Below are positions 15,701-27,700 of a stretch of 64,000 nucleotides of DNA, piece after piece; position 1 is the first letter of the stretch, and each line of letters starts with the position of its first letter. The DNA lies in NCBI RefSeq assembly GCF_003918875.1, contig NW_025765092.1:1364001-1428000 (forward strand). Direction: 5' to 3'. Source of the DNA: Haliotis rubra (Eukaryota). The position numbers were made by a program, and so were the translations under genes. Under the pieces are notes generated by a model, which was not told where the DNA came from, ran no database searches, and worked only from the letters and a program-made list of their open reading frames with translations.

Positions 15701-18700
15701 AACAAGTCAAAGTACACTTGTGAGTTAACTGTTATGGCATGATTTTAGCAACTGAATTAGTGGATAAAGAGTACCTTTAAGACACATGGGTATAAGTAGT
15801 CGTCAAGTCTTGTTAGTATGGATTTGACTGTAGTAAATATGTGGTGGACACCCAAGGAAGACCTTATCTTGGCTTTCATGGTGTGGATTCATGCTGTCAA
15901 CCATTGCCACGTCATAAAACCTCTCCTGGTCACTCACTTGCTCACTCAATAACCTTACACATCACTATCGAAAGGAAGTCACATTTTGTCATGATAACGA
16001 ATTACATATTTTCATCTTAAGAATGTCATAAAGTCAAACTTAGCTGATGTAAAGGTATGCATGTAGCAAATCTATGAAGACACCTTGCATGGATGGTGTT
16101 AGAAAGGAGTCATTCATCACAGGACTTTTCATAATTTTAACAATATTTTGTTTGGTATCATATTTTGTATAACATTTGTTGGATATCATGGTGTGAACAC
16201 CAAGAGTCAGTATCACAGGTGTTTGTCATCAGTCATCATTAATTTCTTGACATCTTTGGTATTCTATTTGATAACTGAACAAATATTGATGGGTCATATC
16301 AAGTTTGGATTTTAGAAAGTCTCCTTATGCAAATCTTGTATGATAAAATTAGGTCAAATTACCAGAAACTGGCCTGATATATGTTTCCAGATGATAAGTC
16401 GAATAATCTTATTATCTTGTGAAAATAACTTTCAAGTAACCAGGAAAAGTAATCAGTTTTGTCAATTTTTTAAATATAAAATTCAAGATCTGTCTCCAAC
16501 AACTCTGGGATGATAAGTGTCTTTAGGGAAAAGAATCAGCACTTAAGTACACTGTTAAATGTTGATTTCAGTGTTGTCATAATGATATTAATGTATAGGC
16601 TAACTCCTTGTTTGTTAGTTTTCACACTATAATGTTTTAACTTACAATGCAACATATTTCATTGCATTTATTATATGTCTCCATATACTGTTTGCCTTTA
16701 TTAAACTACTTGTTTGAAAGGCATTTTGGAAGTTGTAAAGATGAAGGAAAACCAAGTTCTTTCTTGCAATGAGTTTCGGTTTAGGTACTTACACCATTAT
16801 CAAGTATTTATTACACTAGTTATCTTAGTTTGACTAAAAATATTTCATTGCATGGTAATGACTGTCAAGTTGTCAGCTGTATCCTTTTAACACCCTGGTC
16901 CTTACTTTTTAAGGAATTCCTTATCACTTGGTGTTTGACAGATTGTCACTTGTCATGGTGGAAATAGTCTGGCTACCATTATTGGTTGAATAATATTATG
17001 ATCCCTACCCACCATACATATTACAATTTTTTAAAGTGATGAGAATGAAGTTAATTCTAATCGATAGGATATTGAACAAATACTGTTGCTTAGTTAGCCA
17101 AAGTTGAGACACTGATTGATCTAGTGATAAGAAACAAATGTCAACATTAACATACGCTCACTTATCACTTCATGCTATTTTGTACGGACTGATTATCAGT
17201 GTATGATAATAGAAAACATGTAGACACCGGACATCTTACAAAGAAAAACCCATCACAATTACAAATCTGGATAATTTTTATTTACATAAATATTTGCAGT
17301 ACATATATGTATTGATGAGGAGATAAGTTGACAGTAATCTACAGGTACTGCAGTGTATTTTGTTATCAGAGAAAGTATTTCTAATCATAGTATTGATTTG
17401 AATAATGGACATTATTTTTCAATTGCCTGTCACATTATAGAGGGTATTTTGGTTGGTTTACCTTTGGTGAGAACCTGATCATGTACAAAGACTCAGCGGA
17501 ATTTACACATGTAATATGATAGATTCAAATAATGTATACCCATTCACCATCTTTATCTTATCTTCTAGTAAAGTACTCCCTTAAAATATATTTTGGTTGG
17601 TTGCAATATTACAGAACATGAAACAATACCCATAAGCTGTTCTTAACACATGCTTATTTCTTGCAGCATATGTACAACGTCACTACAAAACTGTCAACTT
17701 ACCGCTATCGTCTCGGCAACATCATTCCTTTTCGAGCCTTTTCTACCTCAGCACTGATGTGTTTAAAGGTAAGAAGATGTATTTTCTATGTTAAGTCGGT
17801 TATCAGAAGCACGGAATTATGCATTAACTTAGCTTGCTCTATATCTACTCCTTTAATCAAATATCATTTGAATGCTGTTTCATTGCATCATTTTTCATCC
17901 TACTCAGTGAATGCCGTAGCTTTGTGTATTTTGCATACATTTCACTTTGTGACATTAACAAAGCACAAAATTATCATCCAAGTGAATGCTTTGGCAGACC
18001 AACTAAAACATAGGGTTTCTTTTCATTGTTCTTTAGCCATAGTGTTGTTTTTTTTCTTTTTCATATCTCTCACATTGATGCTTCATTTATAATATCCAAG
18101 TTAAGGATAGTTGTGTTTATGCATCTATATTTTTCATACATTTTTATTTCATAATTAATGCACCAGTCAGGGTTAAGTTTTCAAATCTGTCATTAGGACT
18201 GACTTTTATTTGAGAAAAAAGATATGCAGACTATGTTAAAGGGAACATATTTTTAATACAATGGAGTATCAATTTACCTCTTTTTGTGTGTGTGTCATTT
18301 GGTTAATTTAAATGCATCAAACTCTTTCTTTAATTTTCTTATTTCTTGTAAATTGTTATGGATGTATATGAATAGAATTTATGTTACAATAATTAATCCT
18401 GTTTGTTTGTGTGTTCCAGATATTGGTATGCATTAAAAACACTTTCATTCCTACACCCTCATATTCCTCTTAATACAGACCCATTTTCGAAATTCTTCAA
18501 GATAACATCCGTAAATGACATTTCATATATCTTTACAAGACTTAAAGTAGGTCATGAGTGTTTTATAGTTCATAAAGTAGATAATTTTCCATGTGTGGAC
18601 TTACTTTCAAATTATTATGAAAGTAACCAGTGTGAGAAACTAACTAATTACATCACTAATAGTTTTAATGATATATTTGGAAAACATCTAAAACCCTGAG

Positions 18701-21700
18701 TAATCTCAATTCTTCTTTTGATGCTATTAGGCATTTTTATTCATTTTCGGAAAGCACTGCCAGTCTCTAGAGCTAAATACCCAGGATCACCCTTATAAAA
18801 AATATCATCCTTAAATTTCCAGTACTTTTTATGCTTCTGATGTCTCTGTTTCCTCTTAACCTTTGTGTTGTCAATTTTGTTGCTGGAATATAGATTTTGT
18901 TATGGTAACTGAAAGGTGTTAGAAAAAAATTGTAAGTTAAGATCTTTCCCTGTTTGGCAAGAGTAGTTTTTGACCATTGTCACCCAAGTGTCTATATTTG
19001 GAGCTTTGCACATTGAAAAATTGCTAAGTAGTGACCATACAGTCTAAAAGGAAATATGATTTTATGAGCATGATAACAGCCATCTGATATTCTAGTTTCT
19101 TTTCGGAGTACCTTGCTTCTTTCATCTAACCCAGATTTATTACTGAATGTGAAATTCAACATATTTCACTCTTATTCATTCGCTATGAATGTTGACTATG
19201 GCTCCTCCACAAACTGTAGATTCTGACAATTTCAGTAGCCTATCTTGCTTGAATGTTTAAATGGACAGAATGTGCATTCAAAAGGAGTATGTTCAATCAT
19301 ACAGTGAAGACCCAACTTTAACTGATCAACCATTTAGATTGAGTTCCTTTCAATAATTGTTGATCATTATGCCCCAATGTCCTGTCCTGCTGATTAAGGG
19401 TTATGGTAATGACACTTCAAGGAAATAAATAATACTGGAAATCTAAGGATGTATATACTTGATATGATATTTCATTTACAGCTTTTGTCTGCTTGAAGAT
19501 GTGTGTCAAATGTTACTAATATCACCATTAATTGTGTTCCCATTCACACTCCTTCAACTGCTTGCTGAAGCTGCATATTAAACATAGGATATATTTTTAT
19601 TTCTCAAACAAATAGGCCCAGGATGTTTATTTTAGGATGGATGTTTTTGTATTTTTTGTATATATTTCCTCAAAGATTATCATTTATAATAAGGGGGACT
19701 AACAGTCAAGATTTGTCAAGGATGAGAAAAAGGTTGTCATTGGCTTATGGTCAATAATCAGAAAACTGCTTTCCATTCAAATGTAGTTAATGTAACATTG
19801 CTTGATGTTGATGTGTTGATTAATGTAGAAACGTATTAGTTTGTAAACTTACAGCATGGAAGTAGATATATGTTTGATCACTATTGTGTTAACAAGTTGA
19901 AATAGCATAAACAAAACCTTGTCAAAAAACATTCAGTGAAGTGGTTCTTCTCCAACTTTGGAAATGCAGAAGAACATGATGTTAACAGTATTTCATCAAA
20001 AATCATTGAAGACCATACATAGGCTTATATTTGTCATGCAAGAAACATCAGTATCCACAACAACTCTCTTTGAATAGACATGACCATCAAACTGCCAATA
20101 CATCTCTCACTGAAATCAGATCTTAGTGCTTGCTGCCCCTACAAGTTGATTGGAGGACATTTAATTACAGGGCTTGACAGAACAGCCTTTTGCAACTTTG
20201 ACCAACGGGTGAAAGTACTAATAAAAATTGACCGTATCCAATCAGAAAGCAGCTTTAATTAGCTTTATGGCACTAGTTTCAAAGTGGTCACTTTCATTGC
20301 AGACAACAAATTTTAAATTCATGAACTGGATGGATAAACATTCTGGAATGTCAAATAGATTACCCAAATTGTTTTGCTTAACTTCCCTGTCTACAGAAAG
20401 GATTTTAAGTCAATCAGTCGTTTAGCCTGTAACTACAGTTCCAAATACCTTGTACATGTATTCACCTTTTCAAGGTTGAGTAATTAGAAAGCACATTCAA
20501 ACTGTCATTTTCCCACTCTGGTTACTAACGTTTTGATCTGTTTGACGAGAGGTTGTTCTGACAGGACCAGTAGTAAGATGTCCCTTAGATCTTTTGCAAA
20601 GTGGTAGTAGGAATTAAGATAAAATTTTATTGAGATTGTCAAATTGCATACTTCTGTTATCCATTTGATTTGAAAAGTCCACCTCAAATCTCCCCCTGAA
20701 AGTTGTATTGTTTCAGTGTGTAGTCACTATTTCTTGTTATTGTTTTTAATTTATTTCTTCATGTCAGTTTAATCATTTTGCAGATGACCCAGATATGATG
20801 CAATTCTGGCTTGCTTTACAAATCAATGAAATTGGTACCGTTTGTTTATGTTAATGATACATTATTAGCTAGTTTGCACCTGTCCTTTGTAACAAAATTC
20901 TAAACTAAGCACACAAGAGTGTCTTAACTTCTTTTTGTTTTTCATATGCATGGATATTTCAATAATGTGTGCATTGGTTAACCTGGACCCATTTAAGATA
21001 TGCTTTGGTTTGAAAGTTTGTGTTAATATTGTTCTGTAAGTGTGTAATGCTGTTGTTTCCCTCGGATACCTTACACCTGGAAAACTTCCCCAAACAAAAA
21101 CCTGTACTTGGTTCCTCCACCTTCCTAGTTCAACAATGAAAACTCCCAAAACTACCCTCATACTCTGTAGCTTTTCACCATCTCATTATTTCTCCGGATA
21201 GGAATATTCTTCTTAACTGTGTAAGTCAGTTTGGCTTTTTGCGTTTTCATGATTGTTTTCTTATAAATAAATTACCCCATGAGGCTTATGTAGGGATGTC
21301 ACGATTAACTCATGTGTTGATAATAAATTTATACCTGAATAAGTTTTGCAACTATTCAGGCTTGTTTAACCACACATTCTCTCAGGAAACAAATGATTAA
21401 ATTGATTGCCAAAGTATATCATAATGAGGTTTAGTTTACCATGCATGTTAGTAAATCTGACTAATTGCTATGAACAACCTCATGTGGTACAAATAAGTGT
21501 AATGAATTGTACCTGTGAAGTAGCTCAATCGTGACACCCCCAGTTCTAGGACTAGATGAATCCACATTATCCCTGCTTCTGGTTAAATGGGTATGATCTG
21601 CCTACAACTGCTTCCGGTATATTTTATATACAGTACTTGAATCGCAGGTGATAGCCTGTAACCTCAAACTGAAAAGTAGTTTGTAATAATGGAAACAGCA

Positions 21701-24700
21701 CCTTATAATATATTCTTACAATTTTAAATGTTACCTGACATCCAACAAATCTAGTTCCAGACATAATTAAATATCTGATGTGTTACAGATGTTATGATGC
21801 CTTAAATAGTATGGGATTTTTCATTCCCTGCTATAGTTATATGCTGATTAACAATATGTATAACACACACACATTGCCAATTCATGTACCTCTAAAGACA
21901 CTGAACATATATTTATTAAAGCTATATGCTAACACATGCATTTGAGTACATTTGCCAAGCTTTGAATATGATGAGCATTAATATTCTGATACATGTCAAC
22001 ATTATCATTGTATCGTCATAATCTCCATCCTCATACTCCCATCTCTATTTATGATTTCATCCATTGGAAATGCATATATGAAGTATCTTAACTGATACAA
22101 TAATTTCATTTCTGCAAGTGTTCTAATGATTTTCTTGTCTACTCTTTATGATTTCTTTGTTAATAATTTGGTTATCTTTCTGTCAGGAGGCTCTTTGCTA
22201 CTGTGCAGTGTTTTGTCCGGTATTTTTTTATTTAACTTTTATCAATAGTACCTAATATGGGATAACCTAACATTTAACAGCCTTTTATGTCCAGGTTATA
22301 TGAAAATATGCACTGGGAACTATATATGCTTCTAAACTGGAAAACTTACAATAGCTATCTTTGAAATAGCACCATAACACTTTGTAATGTTATCAGTTCA
22401 CACTGATAGTAAATCACTGTCTCAGAAGTTCATAAATGTTTGGAAAATGAAGTGATTTGAATAATAGGATATTTAATGTTTAATATGTAGGTGTGTCATT
22501 GATTGAAAATTTGAGTGTCAATATATCAACTAAAATATCTCAATATATTGATTATATACATAAGACATACATATATTATCGACAGCTGAGTGTATTTAGG
22601 ATTTAAAGCAGAAAGGATTAACACAGAGTTTTCACTGATTTGAGAAACTGCGTAAGTCTAAGGTATCTCCTTGGGAGCCATTGTTCAAAACAACCTTAGC
22701 ACTAAGACTGTTGTACTTCTATTTTAAGGTATGGGAGTTAAAATCACTTTAGTCATAAGATCACTTTGTACACCCAGATCTAAATGGTAGTTTTTACATA
22801 AAACGATACTTTTGTGTTTGCTAAAAATAATAATGTAACAGAACTTTCAAAGTGATTTGACACTAACACCATCAGGATCTCAATCTCCGCTTAATATCAA
22901 TGAGCAATAGTTAGTCATACACACAAACTGTATGTAGATCAAATTAGTCTTCTTTTCATAGAAAACAGTATTTCAGTAGGGCAGTTAGCCTGATTTCTTA
23001 ACTGCAGTGTCTCCCATATAAGTACTCACATCCTATTTTCCACAGGCTTATTAAGTACTAGTTTACTGTTGGGCTCAGCAAGCACGCCCGATCTCATGAC
23101 CTACCAGCTCAAGAATGATGGTGGTATGTCTCATATGGTGCTGTTTGTTATAATTTGGCTTAGCTTTTCTTGCCTTAGTTATCACTACTGATTGACTTTT
23201 CAGTCCTATTGCACTCTTGTGTTATTGTGAAGTAATGAAATATTGATATGATTAATCCAAATACATATTTCCATTTGAATCCAGATTGCAGTTTCAAATG
23301 TTTTGGCTTGTGCGTGTTTTAACTCAAGAATCATGAAAACTGAGCCTTTTGACTTTAAGCTCACCTGTCTGAAAGTCAAGTGAGGTTATGTCGTAGCCTT
23401 GTTTGTATGGTGTCCTTCATGCTTCATCTGCCACCTGTCATAAAAAAAATTTACACAAAAATATCAGTAGCTATGAAAGCAAAATTCACATACTTGTTAA
23501 AAATAAAAATGATGATCCCAGTTTGTTTAAGATGTTTTGAATCCGATTTTCAGTATGGCCACAAGAAATAATGTTTCATATTTTCACATTCATTCACTCT
23601 TTGTACGTCAGTTGTTCTCTAAAATGAAGAAATTAGTAAATGTCTATGACCTACATCTCTTTCATCTTTCCTCCCAGATCAAGCTGTCAGACATGCCCTG
23701 ATATATAACATACTGCTCAAAACCATTTCAGACCCAAATAAAACAGTCATTTACATTTGAAAGTGCTTTTGTCCTCAGTTTCTTGGAAGAAAATATTTCA
23801 GTAGGAGTTGAAGCAGCAACTGTATGGTTCATGTTCTGATTCGGTTAATATTTTACACTTTTGACAGTGGCACCTGTTTTTTTTATCTTTCGACACTGTT
23901 TTCAATATATAAGCAAAAAAGTGTTTCCTTGAAAATATCTTTTTTTTGTCTCAAGCTTTCAAATATTTTGAAATAAGTGAAATGGTATCACAACATTTGT
24001 GGCCTTTGTTTTGATTACAAAATTATCCAAAAAGTTCAGTTTAGAATACCATTCAAGAACAGAAAGTATATTTTGCATGTTGATTTCAAGATTGCAATAG
24101 GACTATCATGTTTCTCTATTAACATGTTTACTTGACTTTTATCACTCACTCTCTCTCTCTCTCTCTCCTTTGTTCATCATCATATTGGTTTATTTTGCAA
24201 AGTTATCATTTCTTTCCCCTCACAAAGCATCCAAAAGGAGCACATTGGTAACAGGTCTGTATGTCAGTGCAGTGTCCCAGTAGTTATAGGGTTAAGGTGG
24301 TTGTCCTGTTAGTGTCCTGTTGTATCAAGCATCATGTTGCAGGGGACTTGCTTTGTTGCAGCATGGACATAGCAAACTGTAAATACAAGTATGGACATAT
24401 ATAAAGCTGTGGTTTTAATAAACCAGTGTTCAACAAATCATTAGAAAAATAGTCTGGCTATATGCTTACATTATTACGTTATTGCATTACAAGTGTTATA
24501 ATTCAGTTCATTGATCAGTGACATCAATTCTATTTTGCTTTTGCCCTATGTTTAATTCAGCAAGCAACATTATGTTTTGGGGTGTTCGTGTTGAGAATTT
24601 TTACTTAGATTTGGTAGGTTATTTGTAAGAAGCACTTTCAGTTTGTATTTAATTTGTTATATCTTTTCCTTTCATTTTTGGTCAGTAGGGTAATGTAGTG

Positions 24701-27700
24701 GTTAAAACATTTGGTTATTGAAGGACTGGGGTCATTTTCACACATGGGTGTGTGTGAACCCATTTCTGGTGTCCCCTGCCATGATATTGCTGGAATATTG
24801 TAAAATGTGGTGCGAAACCTCCCTCACTCCATTCATTGCTAGATACACAAGTATAAACTATTATGCTGATGTTGTATGTTTGGCAGCTACTGCAGTGTTC
24901 ATTCAAACTGACAAAAATGAAGGGCACAATGAGATAACTTGTGACAAAAAAGTGGTGTCATTTGAAAAAGAGGGTCCCATTTTCAAAAGGGACACTCCAA
25001 ATTACTTGGTTCTTCTTCACAGCTTGGTGTGTCAGGATGTTAGGAATTCAAAATTTATTTGATTTTTGTGCTTTCAATAGTCACTGATTTTCTGTTCATT
25101 CAAAACACAAGAAGAAAAAGAAAGCCAACTACTTATCTTAAATCATGTAGATTTGGAGTTGGTCCAGATTGATGTTTCGTCCACTGACAGCAAAGCTGTA
25201 CATGTCTAATTACCAAATTCATAAATGGTAAAATCTGGGTTTGACTGTTCCATTGCAAATAACGCCTTTTCAAGAAGTTGTTTCACTAAATACTTAATTG
25301 TGTATTTAGACACTTGACACTCCCGCTGTGTTGTATTTACTTACATGTAGATAGAAACATCTGCCCATGCTGGCTTAAGCCAATCATACAATTGTGTATT
25401 AATGACCAAAGTTTACATGACACATATTACAACAAGGCTTCCAAAAGTGATAAGCTTTTCCTGTGCTATAACATACAACTGTAGTGAAGTTCACTCACAT
25501 TATGATGCTTCCCTATGTATCACATTGTTCACTTCTGTATAAACACAGGCAAGTGGACCACATTGACAAATCTTATTGTCATGACATAATGCCTTTTGAG
25601 GTATAAAAGATGTCCAACTGCTGCAAGTAGGGGGTAGTTCTTGAATCATTCTTGTTAAAAGATTGGGTCACATGGCTGTCTAGAATGAACACTGCATCCA
25701 TACATGTACTAGGTATGCTTGTACATCTTCGTGGCATCACAGGACAGTTGTGCTCATGTTGTAGAACATACACCATACAGACCAAGTATGTTACGTATAC
25801 TTGTACTCACCATGTACAATATAAGTGTCCTCCTCATTTGTCAGTTATAATGTTGACCATATGAAATAAAAAAAAAATCTTATGAATACTATTATTGAGG
25901 AGGTTTGCATGAAAGAATGACATCGATAACATGGGGGAAAAAAGATGTTGTAGCATTCTTTGTTGTTTGGTATTTTGTATTTTGTGTGCATGCTTAATTA
26001 TTTGATATTGTTGAGAAGATTGATGTTTAATTGTCTGTGGTTTGTCTTCTTTAATCTTTTTGACGGGATGGGACAATTTCGTTTTTAAAAACCTTGGTCC
26101 TCTAAAAGTAGAATGTCTTTGAACAACCAGTCAATAGTTAACAAAGTTATGGATAAATCATTCATAATGTTTAGTGTGCAATTCATTCAGTCAATAATAG
26201 ACGCAATTAAGGTTTGAAGATATGCGAGAAAATCAATAGAATATGGTTAAAATTAGAATGCACCAAGTTACATACTGGTATAGCACTAGGAGCGATGTTC
26301 AGATGATGAGGTTGAGAAGAGCAAAGGACACCTAAAATTCCATTAACATTCTTTACTTATATTTAATGTATGTACTATACATTCTAACTGCTTATGTTAT
26401 TTGTTGAAAGTATTTCATGTCAGTTGGGTTATTTCTTCTATCTTTTTTTATTTTCATAAGAAATTCTTTCAGTTATTATTCAGGTGTCTTATCATATTTG
26501 ACATTGTTTAAGCCTAAGATGCTTCCTTGAGATCTGCAATCATGTGAAATGCTCTTGGTTGTTTTTGCGAAGATATATATTCATTTTATAATCTCTTCAG
26601 CAAAGTCACTGTCTAAACTTATTTGATACTTATTTCACGAAAACTAAGAGTTTCAAGTGATATTTTAAATTCATTGTACTTGAAAATTTCATGCTAAATC
26701 CATATATCAGGGTCTGCACCCTTCAACAGTGTTTTGCATATTTATACCACACCTAGATAATTATGTTCCACTCCTCACAAAATGTGCAATCCTCCCCTTT
26801 CCACAAATATCCTCTGTTGTCTTCTTGTATAATACATGTGCATGGTTAGAAATTAATATTATTCTTCATTAATTTCAAGTTCACATTCTTAACTGTTTTG
26901 TTTTTGTCTTAATTTATTATTTTGTTTAAATGCTTTTAAAAAATGCATCAGTAGTCTCATACAGTTTTCTATAAGTGCTTGTCTCTAATGTATATCCAAG
27001 ATAATTTCTTTCAGTTTGTTATAGACATGTGAACATTTCTTTGTGCCTATTTTTATAATGTTTGAAAGAATATTTCATGCTTCACTAATCAACATTCTAT
27101 TACAGAAACATACAACATGGAAGAACCTAGTACTTTGACTATTGAACAGAGATTTACCAGGCTGAGCCAGGCCTTATCCTTAGTTTTTGTGGACCTAAAT
27201 GCAAACTAGACAGCCAATCTATCATTATTTGTTACATCTATATGCACTTTTATCAAAACTGAGGTGAGTTTGTTCAAAGTCCCAAGTCAAAGTACTGAGG
27301 TCTGAACTATCCATTCTGTGTAAATAATAAGCATATGCAATTTCATTTTAGCATTTGGTGGATTTGGAATGGTTCCATCACTACGGCCATTGGAGACTCT
27401 ACATAACAACCTAACCTTCAAGGACATGGATGACTTTCTGGGTATCGCAACCAACACCAAGTTTGTGACCCCGATTGCATCACCGCCATACAGCATGGTC
27501 GGCCCCCCTTCCACCCATCCCGCTGCCACCGCCTCTGGCTTGCCCCTCAATGTCTCTAGAGGTTCGTGCATGCACCATTAATATTGCCAGTGGCACTAAT
27601 AGTCAGCCTGGTTTATCCAGTACACTAGCACCTTCAACAATTATTCTTAGACCTTTTCCTTTTGTACATTCAATGGGTTTGGCTGCCGAGGAACTGAGCA

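Noticed and set aside
17769-18092. Remainder of the 143-aa ORF 17661-18092
   Set aside because: Intronic T-rich read-through beyond the strong donor at 17769.
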